Positions 1-10,458 of a DNA stretch of 64,000 nucleotides are shown here, piece by piece. The notes under the pieces were generated by a model. It searched no databases. It was not told the DNA's origin and saw only the letters and a list, made by a program, of their open reading frames with translations. Numbering within the stretch: position 1 is the first letter of the stretch; each line of letters begins with the position of its first letter. A program made the translations under genes and the position numbers. This DNA is from Lophium mytilinum (Eukaryota): assembly GCA_010093605.1 (NCBI GenBank), contig MU004181.1, positions 3,286,001 to 3,350,000 of the forward strand, in the 5' to 3' direction.

Positions 1-129
1 GTCGTAAAAGTCTCAGCAGTCGTGAGCCGCAGGAAAGCAGACACGAGGACCATTTTCGCCCAATACCAGATCAAGACAATGAAAGATCCTCCATGCATGA
101 ACCATCCCATACCCCTCGCCCAGACACGA

Positions 130-783
130 CTATCCCTCCTCCACAGTGCTGGAGTATCCCGGATCCTCATTCCCCTTCACCATCAACCTCTCGCTGTACA
201 CGTGCTTGAAGTCCTCCGGGCTCCAGCTCTGCTTCCTGCCCAGATCCCCCAGCTTCAGCCCCACCGGCTTCGCCCTCTTGACCGCCTCCGCCTGGCCCTC
301 TCCCACTCCCGTCTTCAATGGCACCACTCCCTTCCCTGCAGCAATCGAGTCCGGCGACATTCTGCCTGGTTCCTCGTAGACAGCCGAAGTGTGCGGCACA
401 GGCGACATTCCAGCCCCAACCAGCGCCTCTGCATAGTTCGAGCTGCTAGTCCGCGCTGGCGCTCGTCTGTACGCTAGCTTCGCCTCGTCGTCCGCACCGT
501 CCCTTCCCTGGGTCTTTTCTCCCGCGCCGTCCGTGCTCGCAGCCATGTATCCGGATTTGCTTGCTGCGAGGGCGTGGATGGCCTCGAAGCGGGCTGCCGC
601 GTCTGGCAGTGGAGTAGTCGGGGCGGCGGAGTCGGTCTGCGCCTGCGAGTTTGCCGTGAGGGCGGCTTCGGCTTCGGAGCGTGTGTTTGGTGTTAGTTGG
701 GAGGGTGTACCGAGGCCGTATGATGGACTGCTTGTGAGTGCGGCTCGGGTTGAGAGGAAGGCAGTGGATTCCGAGTCGCCCAT
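130..783 (-). CDS. Hypothetical protein (Ala/Ser-rich, C-terminal LGRKQSWSPEDFKH motif)
   Basis: Open frame 130..1158. Most likely start is the ATG at 783 (MGDSEST), just downstream of a TATA-like TATATA near 805-811. No family recognised. Confidence 0.6.
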   Translation of the reverse strand: MGDSESTAFLSTRAALTSSPSYGLGTPSQLTPNTRSEAEAALTANSQAQTDSAAPTTPLPDAAARFEAIHALAASKSGYMAASTDGAGEKTQGRDGADDEAKLAYRRAPARTSSSNYAEALVGAGMSPVPHTSAVYEEPGRMSPDSIAAGKGVVPLKTGVGEGQAEAVKRAKPVGLKLGDLGRKQSWSPEDFKHVYSERLMVKGNEDPGYSSTVEEG

Positions 784-1787
784 GTTGGCGGCGGTCGGGT
801 GGGGATATATACGTAAACAAAGGGTGATGGGGTGATGTTTTAATTCAAATTGGGCCTGTTGAGCTCCTGATCTGTGACGTTGGTTGCTCCAGAATAGGCA
901 GACAGTGGAGACTGGAGGCCGGGTCCGTGGTGGTGGTACGGAGCTGCAACCTGCTCCGCCGCTGGCCTGCCTATTTATCTGACCGTCTCCTTCGGTAGAG
1001 AAGATGGCGTGCGCCAAGAACGGGTGACGTCCTGCCGTCCAGACGTAAATGCAGGGACCTTTTAGCGCCATTCTTGCGGGGAGACTTGACGCAGTTCGGG
1101 CATTCAATATGGTGATCTCTATCAGGTGTCGAACGCGCCCATTCGTCATAGGTGCCACCGTCCTGACTCTTTATTAACACCGCGGAACCATTATGCAGAT
1201 CTGTTCACTATATTCCAATCGCAGATGCTGCAGATTCGGCCCAGGACGGGTGACAGACTTCGCCGAACAATAAGTCGAATACCGTCTGCTAAGGCGCGGA
1301 CAGCTATCCTGCTTGCCCAAACGGCAACTTCACGAATTCAAACAACATACCAAAGGACCTCAAGCGGTACTAGACAAGGGTACACCATCACAGAAAGAGT
1401 GATTACGTCAAGTAGGGACCCTCAAGTTAGCACCATGGATTCGTAGACTGCTAGAGAGCTCTGGAGAATCCGGCACCGAAATCGGACGAGGTAAGGAAGG
1501 GAATGGCATTGCCTATGGCTGGGTCGGGGGTGTAAGTCTTGAGGACTGATAAGCGGACGTACTCATCTTGTCTATCAGGAGGAACGGGGTCCGGGTTGGT
1601 CCTCCGGTCATGCTCCCACATATGAGACTTCTGTTCCGCTATCAGCTGTGAAGTCTATTTTTCGTTGTAGCATCTGGAAAGACAAACCCTAGCCGCCGTC
1701 GCTTACCGCCCACCTACCTTTTGCACCTTTTTTACACCTCCAGTGTAGGCGAATAGCATTTGCATGTATATATAAGAGACATTTTGC

Positions 1788-1964
1788 TGACATCTTCCAC
1801 CGCCCTGACCGCCATCCGAGATTCACGTACTAACGAGAATTGGTGGAAGGATTCCATGGAGCGAGCCGCTAGCCCCAGTTGCTCTAAGTGTGACCAAATC
1901 TGCACGTAAAGTCCTCACCAATTCTCGTGTGTACGTGAATCTCGGATGGGGTTGGAAGACGTCA
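1788..1964. repeat. Fold-back inverted repeat (MITE-like or hairpin)
   Basis: 1812-1845 matches the reverse complement of 1916-1949 at 32/34 nt. Outer extension TGACATCTTCCA (1788-1799) pairs with TGGAAGACGTCA (1953-1964). Confidence 0.85.
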
Positions 1965-2289
1965 CAACGTTAGGAAAGATAGCTATACTATAATGTGCAG
2001 GGTGGCGTATAAGGCTAACGTGTGGCTGACGGAGAAATAAGTGTCCGAAGAGGGTTTTTCGTTTCATTAGTCCCCATCGACTTGTGTTGGGTCTGTATCA
2101 ACGCTCGGCCCGACGTACGGCCTCAGAGCTCGGTTCGGCTTGCCGAGAAAGTCGTCCATCTTCAAGTGTTTCTGAAGCACTAAACCTGGCCGCAACACCA
2201 CAACCTCGACCACCGTCCACCATCAACGCAGAGACTCCAGTCGCAGACCCCGTACCCGCCTTCATACTCCCTATTCTCACGCGCTCACC

Positions 2290-2863
2290 ATGGCCGACGT
2301 AGAAATGGATGTCGACCCGCCGCAGGCAAACTCCCCCGAAGCAAAACCCGCCAGCGAAACACGCACTCAAGCCGGCGCTGTCGCAGTCCGTTCGATCGAG
2401 GGATGGATCATCATGGTCACCAATGTGCACGAAGAAGCGAGCGAGGAGGATCTGACGGATCTGTTCGGAGAATACGGCGAGATCAAGAACATTCACCTAA
2501 ATCTGGACAGGAGGACGGGCTATGTCAAGGTACGGCTCTTTCCACTACCATGGAAACCGCGCGATTAGAGACTGCAGGCTTGGAGGCGCGGGTGCGGCGA
2601 TATGTATGCATGCTGACTTGCAAACTTAGGGCTACGTTCTCATCGAGTACCCCACCCTCGCAGAAGCGAAAGCTGCGATTGAGGGTGCGAACGGAGAGAA
2701 GCTTTTGGATCAGACTCTTGCAGTTGACTTCGCATTCGTACGACCACCACCAGGAAAGGGACAAGCAGGCAAAGGTGGAAGAGGTGGTGCGGCGAGAGGT
2801 GGAGGCGGAGGGAGAGCGAGGAGCAGGAGTCCAGGCGAGGCACGAGATGATAGGGACGACTAA
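2290..2863 (+). CDS. RBM8A: RNA-binding protein 8A / Y14 (exon junction complex RRM)
   Basis: [17 protein letters not shown]...[20 protein letters not shown] signature. Intron 2530-2629 (GTACGG..GCTGAC..TTAG). RG/RS-rich tail, TAA at 2861-2863. Confidence 0.96.
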
Positions 2864-3753
2864 TAGCCACGTACGAACAGCACGACCTTCGAGGATAATG
2901 GCGCTGGGCGACGGCGATTCCGATAACCCGTTGGTTGCAGAGACCGGGCGCGGATGGTTATGGTCTCGATGGACAAAAGCACTCAGCTCAAGGCACCTCA
3001 GTCAGGCGTCAGGAGCCTTCCAATTAAAAGCTTGCCAGCCCGTCTACTAGATGGGCTGGCTTTTCAACTCTCCTCACGTAAGCTGAACTCTCTCTTCCTC
3101 CACCAACACAATACTAACAAGCTCCAGGCGTGCTTCGATGAATGTAGATGCGTGCTGCATGTGACCACTGGCTGGACAAGATATAACGCTTCTAGAGCAG
3201 GAGACCACAATACCAGGCAGCCATGGCAGAACAATCGTCTGTCTAGGTAGGTAATCCACAGTTGACTGCCAAGGTTCACTGGCCATACAATTTCCCCCCA
3301 TGTGCTCTTTCGATGTCGGCTGTATATCGAGACTGTGGCTTTGCTCCTCCTATTGGGTTTCTACGTAAGACCGGGCACTGAATTTTGAGTTTCGGCTTGC
3401 AGCCACCGTTGGATACACTGAGAGTGGACAATCGTAACTCAGTCTGGTAGTCTTGGGTACTGCGCTGTGCAGAACCAGGATAGATAGTGAATACACCATT
3501 AATCAAGCCTCTTCTCTATGCTTACCTACACAATTCCGATTGGCCCGTGCTAGCGAGACCTAGTCCCGTGTGCGGAGTATTCCGAACTGTCTTGAGCCAT
3601 GAACAGGTGGAGTCAGGTGTGCTTGCATTCATCTTGGCAACCACTATCGAGAATATTGCGAAGGTGCACAGATTTATCGCTTAAGCCCCGCTTATTTGTC
3701 TAGACTATATACCAAAAAATTTGTGCTTCATCCATTCAACACCAAAAGTTGCA

Positions 3754-3853
3754 GGCAAGATGGCCGAGCGGTCCAAGGCGCTAGCTTCAGGCTTTCCCCA
3801 GTGAGAGTATGCTAGTATCGTAAGATGCGTGGGTTCGAATCCCACTCTTGTCA
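3754..3853 (+). tRNA. tRNA-Leu(CAG) with 18-nt intron (3792-3809)
   Basis: Acceptor stem GGCAAGA/TCTTGTC+A; D-arm TGGCCGAGCGGTCCAAGGC; anticodon stem CTAGC/GCTAG around TT-CAG-G; long variable arm; T-arm GGTTCGAATCC; downstream T-runs as Pol III terminator. Confidence 0.95.
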
Positions 3854-4172
3854 ATTATTCTTTTGCTTTTGAGCATCAATTTTTTGCAATGTGGAAGAGT
3901 GGGGATGGGCTAGTCGAGACATTCGACGCTACCGAATTGTGAGGGGAAGCTGGTCACGCACACCCCGCTAGCGCCACCATATAAACCCCGTGCGAACTGC
4001 AACATCGCCTTCTTCAGTCCTCAAGCACTCTTCACAATACCTCCATTGGCTGCTCTCTCGTCATCCCTCATACTCAATGCTGGGCTCATAGCACTCTCTA
4101 TTTGCTCTACAGAGCTAGTGCCTTTACTTTCACCTTTTCCCGCTTCTTTCACCTTCTCCACCTCTTAAAAGC

Positions 4173-6549
4173 ATGGTTTCATGGGCATTCTTGTCTCAGG
4201 GCCACGCCCGGCGTTGGACTCTACTCCTTCTTACGACTGTATTCTTAAAAGGTGTTTATGGAGAGGTAATTACACCACCGAAATCCCAACAAGCATCTCA
4301 ATTGCGACTCTGTGCTGACAGGATTGAATCGCCGCTCTAGAAACGTATCTTGAAGCAAGACCCTCACTATCCCAACCTTTCTCCGCTCGCAGGAAATAAA
4401 CCAGCTAAATTCGACCCGCCCCGTGATTCCCTCGAAGAGCTCCGCCATGCGCTCGAGACGATGCAGAGCGATTACTTCAAGATATGGCTTGGCAAATGGC
4501 CCGACGCCATTGACTGGACCGCCGCTGTCATGGGAACCCACATGTCTGCCGCCCTTTACTCTCTCACTCGATCCCTGGAATACAGCATGCCGGGCACAAA
4601 GAAAGAGGGTCAGCGCGTAGAGAACGAGATCAATAAATACTTCTCGCAGGCCATCACATACTTTTTCGGGGAGGACCACTTCGCCATCCGAACTCAGGCC
4701 TACGATGTAAGTAAGGTCAGGGTCAGCATACCAGTAAGGTCAGGGTCAGCATACCAGAGCCCTCTTGTGTCAAGTTTTTCTCAGTGCCACTAGAGCGCGT
4801 ACTTAGACATGACTCGAGTCGCGTTGCGGCAACTTCCTAGGTCGTCACGCTGCGCATGAAACAGGTGGCCTACTGAGAAAGTATTCTGTCTTGCGTAGGA
4901 TATACCTGTCTGCCGCTGCTTGTGGTGTTTCTATGCATTTCCAAGACTTCAAACGAGAGAAAAATCTCGGGCTTGGGTTGAAGCACTTGAAACAGTGGCA
5001 GACAGGTGTACACACGACCGCACAAGACAGAATTCTTGCTGAGTGTGCCACCTTTTTCATGTCTGGGGTGGTCATGTCAAAAGGCTTCTATCATCCGGCC
5101 TGGAACATCTGTTGAGCTATTCCTTGAACAGATTAACCCAGTGTCTTGGACATGATCTAAGTGGCCGAAGAGGGAAACTCACACTAGAGGATCTAGTATC
5201 TGTCCTACTTCCCCCTCTTTGTAAACACTAGTATGCATACTAACATTGTGAAGGATATGCTATGGGTTGTTCTCGGCTGGCTCGAGAACATACGGTTCAT
5301 TGGGGAGCACAATTCGCTGCATTATCCTGCAAAGAGTGACTCAAACGGTGAATCGCAGTGGTATGGAAAACAGTTCGAGGACGCGTTCGCCCACCGCGCT
5401 CGTGTTTTCTACGATCTAGCTAAGAAAGGCTGGGACACGAAGGAGTGCGGCGGAGGCATGACATGGGACCCACACGAGAAAACCTACAAGAACGCCATCA
5501 CGAACGAGCTGTTCATCGCTGCCAGTATCGGCATGTATCTACATTTCCCGGGCGACTCCAACTGCTCCCCCTTCATGTCCATGGACGACGGATCTGACGA
5601 CGGATCTGACGACGGATCTGACGACGAGGCCCGAATCGTCGAAGAAGGCGACGGAGTGTGCAAGTCGCCTAACAAACCAGCCCCAGCCCACGACCCCGTC
5701 TATCTCAAATTCGCCGTGGACGGATACAAATGGCTGAAAAACTCTAACATGACCAACGCAAAGGGCCTCTATGTCGACGGCTTCCACGTGACCAACGGCA
5801 AATGCGATAAACGCAACGAAATGGTCTACACCTATAACCAAGGCGTCCTACTGTCCGGCCTGCGCGGATTATGGGAAGGAACAGGCAACCTTACCTACCT
5901 TGACGACGGCCACAAGCTCGTTCGCGATGTGATCCGCGCCACTGGATGGAAGCCGGGCCACGGCTTGATAGATAAACGCAAGGAGTCGTGGGCCGGTCTC
6001 GGGAGGGACGGTATCCTCACCGAGAACTGCGACGCCGCTGGCACCTGCTCTCAGAACAGCCAGACTTTCAAGGGCATCTTCTTCCACCACTTGACTCTCT
6101 TCTGCAAGCCCCTGCCCCTGTCGCCCCTAATTCCCGGCAAAACTCACTCCGCAAGCAAGACGGATGCTATGCTCCATCGCCAGAGCTGCAAAGAATACGC
6201 GCCATGGGTGGCGCGCAACGCACAAGCGGCATTGCAAACAAGGAAGGATGGCAGGTTCGGTGGGTGGTGGGCGCCGAGTAATGAGACAGCTGAAGCACTT
6301 CCGGATAAGGCAGTCGACTATCGCAACCGGCTAGAGAGAAAACGCGACGTGTATGAGCTTACCGATGTCCAACTTGCCGCCATGCAAAAGAAGAAAACAA
6401 ACCATCGTGCTCAGAAATTGAAGCCACGAGGTGGGGAGGACGAGGACCTGAATGATAGGGGCCTCGGCCGGACGGTTGAGACGCAGGGCGGGGGCGTCGC
6501 CGTCGTTCGGGCGATGTGGGAGTTTGTGAACATGTACAATCAAGATTAA
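4173..6549 (+). CDS. Glycoside hydrolase family 76 (alpha-1,6-mannanase/Dfg5-like family), 3 exons
   Basis: Exons 4173-4265, 4341-4706 and 5254-6549 join in frame, giving AYD|DMLW (GH76 YDD motif), CGGGMTW, YKNAITNEL, YTYNQG and FKGIF. Hydrophobic N-terminus. Confidence 0.92.
4707..5253 (+). other. Unusually long (547 nt), highly self-complementary spliceosomal intron
   Basis: GTAAGT donor at 4707, TACTAAC branch near 5238-5244, AAG acceptor ending 5253. Nested inverted repeats 4742-4811/5151-5206 and 4855-4958/4965-5061. Confidence 0.88.
4710..4757 (+). repeat. Perfect 23-bp tandem duplication at the intron 5' end
   Basis: AGTAAGGTCAGGGTCAGCATACC twice, followed by AG. Confidence 0.95.
5584..5625 (+). 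repeat. Coding 12-bp minisatellite (DDGS x3) in GH76
   Basis: GACGACGGATCT three times plus GACGAC. Confidence 0.9.
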
Positions 6550-7294
6550 CGTGCTGTTTTGGGAATACGTTGGTTGGAAGGCGTAATAATAGGGTTTATA
6601 CAGTACCAGGTCATATTTTTGAAAACATGGATACTCTACTGCTCTGGCTCCACCCTTACTTTCTTGACGCCACTGTCAGGAATGCCCTGGCCAACATGCC
6701 TATAGTCGATCAAAAGGTAGTCTAATTTCCACCGGGCTGACCAAAATTGCATCTAGAGTTTCGAAAGCATTTTGGGGTGCCCCAAGATTTTCAAGGGTCG
6801 CCCGAAATGTAGTTACGCCATGTAATCGCCGTCCATCTAACTCGCCTTGACATGCAGCTATCTTGGTACTGATGACTTCCCCGACTCCGAGTGAGACGTC
6901 AAGCCCAGTGAGTCAGTACTCTTATCTAGTGTTATTAGTTCCTTTGTGGAGACTCAGTCTGGTCTAATAAAGCTGTGTTTTCACTCCATATCTGATCTTA
7001 GCATCGTTCGTATCGCATATCGAGTATACGAAGCCCGATCCGGGCTAGCTCGATCCGCTTTTATTGGCCAAATTACTCCCCCTCGCCAGATTCCGAGGAC
7101 TGGAACGTAGCTATAAGACACAAGCCTCCTGAACCGGACTTTCGATTGCTCCGGATACGATTGAGCGGGATCCGCGGGCTGCTTTGCTGCTGCGCTGAGC
7201 GAGTATATATAAAGACCGGCAACGAAGGAGAGACAGAAGTATCTCATCCTCAACCTCCTCTCCAAGTACAACCGTAAGATCCCCAACCACACCA

Positions 7295-8497
7295 ATGTCT
7301 CCCAAAAACCTCATCGTGATCCTCGGCATCACCGGCAACCAAGTACCCCAACACTCCCCCCCTCTCCTAGAAACCCAGGACTCACCAACCCCAGGGCGGC
7401 TCCGTGGCAGCCGAATTCCTCAACCACCCTAGCTGGTCCATCCGTGGCATCTCCCGCTCCCCCACCTCCGCCCCGAGCGCCGCCTGGACCGCCCAAGGGG
7501 TCGAAATAGTCGCCGCAGACCTCAACGACCCCGCCTCCCTCGCCCTTGCCTTCAAAGGCGCCACCGCCATCTTCGGCGTCACGGACTACTGGCAGCACTT
7601 CTGGGACCCCGCGACCCGGATCCGCGCAGCAGAGATCGGGAAGACGCTGAACGAGATCAGCTACGAGCTCGAGGTGCAGCAGGGGAAGAACCTTGTGGAT
7701 GCGGCGGCGAGCGTGGAAGGGTTGGGCAGGCTGGTGTTGAGTACGTTGAGTAAGAGCCGAGAGTGGAGCAAAGGGAGGATTACGTGGAACTACCACTCCG
7801 ATGCGAAGTGGGCTGCGGTCGAATATATGCGGGAGGTGTATCCGGAGCTGGCTGCGAAGGCTAGCTTTTTGCAGGCGGCGCCGTTTATGGAGAATTACAG
7901 GAAGTTGGCGAGGAAGGTGAGTTGGATGGATGGGGTAAATCGGAAAAATGAATTTGAGGAAGCTAATCGTTTTTGTTAGCAAACCGATGGGTCGTATAAG
8001 ATCAGATGTACGGTTAAGGCCGACACGCCTGTTCCGATGATAGATCCACGGGCTGATACGGGTTAGTCTTCAGCCTACCTTCGGACGATATACAATCTAA
8101 TTTATAGCACAGGCCATCTCGTTAAGGCCCTGCTGGACGTCGCGCCGGGAAAAAACCTCGCCGGTCATGGCAGCCTGGTATCATGGAGCCAGCTTTGCCA
8201 ACTCGCCTCGAAGCTCTCTAACGTCACTTTCACGTACGAGCAAAGTACCGTGGATGACTTCGACGTGATGATTCCGGGCGGTGCTGGACGAGAAATCGGA
8301 GAGATGTTTGTGTATGCTGAAGATCCTGGGTACTACGGAGGCGATCCAAGCATCACCAATCCAGAGGATGTGAGTGTCCATGCCATTGAAGATGAGCTTC
8401 CAGAATCTAAACGGTGTCGCAGCTGGGAGTGAAAGTTCAGACAAAGAGCATAGAGACTTTCTTAAGAGAGGATCTACCTTCGTTCTTGAAACAGTAA
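7295..8497 (+). CDS. NmrA-like NAD(P)-binding protein (multi-exon)
   Basis: MSPKNLIVILGITGNQ|GGSVA Rossmann motif, GVEIVAADL, AFKGATAIFGVTDYW, HSDAK. Several short introns; stop TAA at 8495-8497. Confidence 0.88.
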
Positions 8498-8569
8498 AAA
8501 GCGAGATAGCTTGGAAAAATGGATGATAGAACGTGCTTTTGAATGTCTAAACCTTACACACCTCCTTGC

Positions 8570-9653
8570 TTAAAGAGTAATCACTAGCTTCGTAGCCGAA
8601 ACCCCCTTCCGCAGTTCATCAACACCCACTTGAATCTTTTCTAGGCCGTGACCGATAACGCGTGGGCTGGGTTTGCACCTCAGTAGTCCCTTCTGTAGAG
8701 CCGGCGTCACCCACTCACCCCACACAGCCTTACCGACTTCGTTCGCTGTGATATCGAGTTGCATTGCTACGCCAGGATCAGCTAAAGCCCAATCGTTCGA
8801 ATGGAGGTCCATTACCATGCCCAATCTTGACGTTCTCAGGTAGCCCCTCTGGCAAAGGCGTCCAGCTAGGCCTTACAGTGCATACAAATCTCTTTCCCTC
8901 AAGACTACTCGAGCCCGCGACCTGTGCACTGAGAGTAATGGTCTCGAAGGTTGATATAGCATCGAAAACGCCAGCAAAGTCTTTCCCCTTGAGTACATCC
9001 ACAATCTCGTCGACGACATTAGGGTTTGATTGGTCAAAAGTGTGCGTGGCGCCCAGATCTTTGAGGTAATCATGATTCTTGCTGCTCGCTGTGGCTGCGA
9101 CCTCGAAACCAGCGGCTATGGCGAGCTGGATCGCGCAGCTACCGACACTGGAACTGCCTCCCCATACCAACAACGTCTTCCCATTAGACTTAACATCCAG
9201 TTGCGGAAACGGCAAATCCAACGTCGATTTCTGGAAAAGCCCAGCCGCAGCAGTCGCAAGACCTAACGGCAGCACCGCACCATCAGCATAGCTAACACTA
9301 CCCGGCAGCTTCGCAACCAGCTTCTCCGTCGTCGCACTATACAACTGAAACCCCGCATTCGAGTGCTTCTTAGTTCCCAAGCCGTCCATATCAGCAATCA
9401 CTCGATCGCCTATCTTAAACTTCTCCACGGCGGAGCCAACAGCAGCGACTTCTCCAGCTACATCGCTGCCGAGAATCGCGGGGTAGGAGTGCAGCACACC
9501 GCCCCAATCTTGGAGTTTCCAGTCGACGGGGTTGATGGCGACGGCGTGATTTTTGATGACGACTTCATGGGTCGCTGGAACGGGCATGGGGGCATCGTCA
9601 ACGTTGAAGGGGTGCGCTTTCTCGGAGGAGAGGTAGGCGGCTTTGTTGCTCAT
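8570..9653 (-). CDS. Zinc-binding dehydrogenase / trans-enoyl reductase-like (MDR family)
   Basis: AVAINPVDWK, YPAILGSDVAG, LVWGGSSSVGSCAIQLA, and C-terminal KGVSATKLVITL. One ~49-nt intron near 8767-8815. Confidence 0.92.
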
Positions 9654-10458
9654 GTTGTAGATTTGAATAGTTTGCTTTTGAGGGTGCGATATGGAGATAC
9701 TGATGGCTTCTCGAAGGAGGTCGGTCATGCATATATGTGCATATGCCTCGCGTGAACTACCGTTCTGAGCGCCGGTCAGAGCACAGCCACGGAAAGTATC
9801 CGGAATGGATATGAACCCGGCGGGTCCCGCTTTTCCCGATCGCGAGCCTGAATGTCCACGGATGATTGGGGAATATGAAATGGTCCAAATGAACGAGCCA
9901 ATAAAGTGAAATCTACCTTTCCATTTTTACACACCGTCGATTCGACTCATATGCTGGCTGAGATGAAGATCCGAAAACGATAGAACTACCTACTTAGAAC
10001 ATCTCACCGGCCATGAGACAGATCAGTGTCGAAGTCATGGGTTACAGCGAGTGGTACGCGTAGTCGCTTCAGCTCTGAATAAGTCCAATCCTGAAAATCT
10101 GACGTACTTGTTTGCGACGGCATTGCTTGCCCTCAGGCCAGTGCTCAAGTACTAAGGAAGCTGCCGTGCAAATGATCGTTCCGGTAGCCATGAGCGTACC
10201 TCAATTTTCCTTTCCCCGCGTCTCTCAGCGCGGCGTGAAGCCACATCCAGTGAACTCGCGGGATAGCAAGCCACGAAAGCCAGTTGCGACAGAAGGATAA
10301 TCTCGAGAGTAACGCAGCGCCTCGCGGTGCCATGTTCCGACAGATTCAGCTCAGCCTAGGTAAGAACTATTCCAGAAAAGTTTACCGGACGCGTCTACAC
10401 GCTGTACGATAACGCGAGTGTGACTAGAAATCCACAACTCCATTAATCGCAAACCCCG

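Noticed and set aside
4707..5253. Group I intron, hammerhead ribozyme or stwintron in the long intron
   Set aside because: Canonical GT/branch/AG signals are present. I found no CUGANGA core on either strand and no convincing nested donor-splitting intron.
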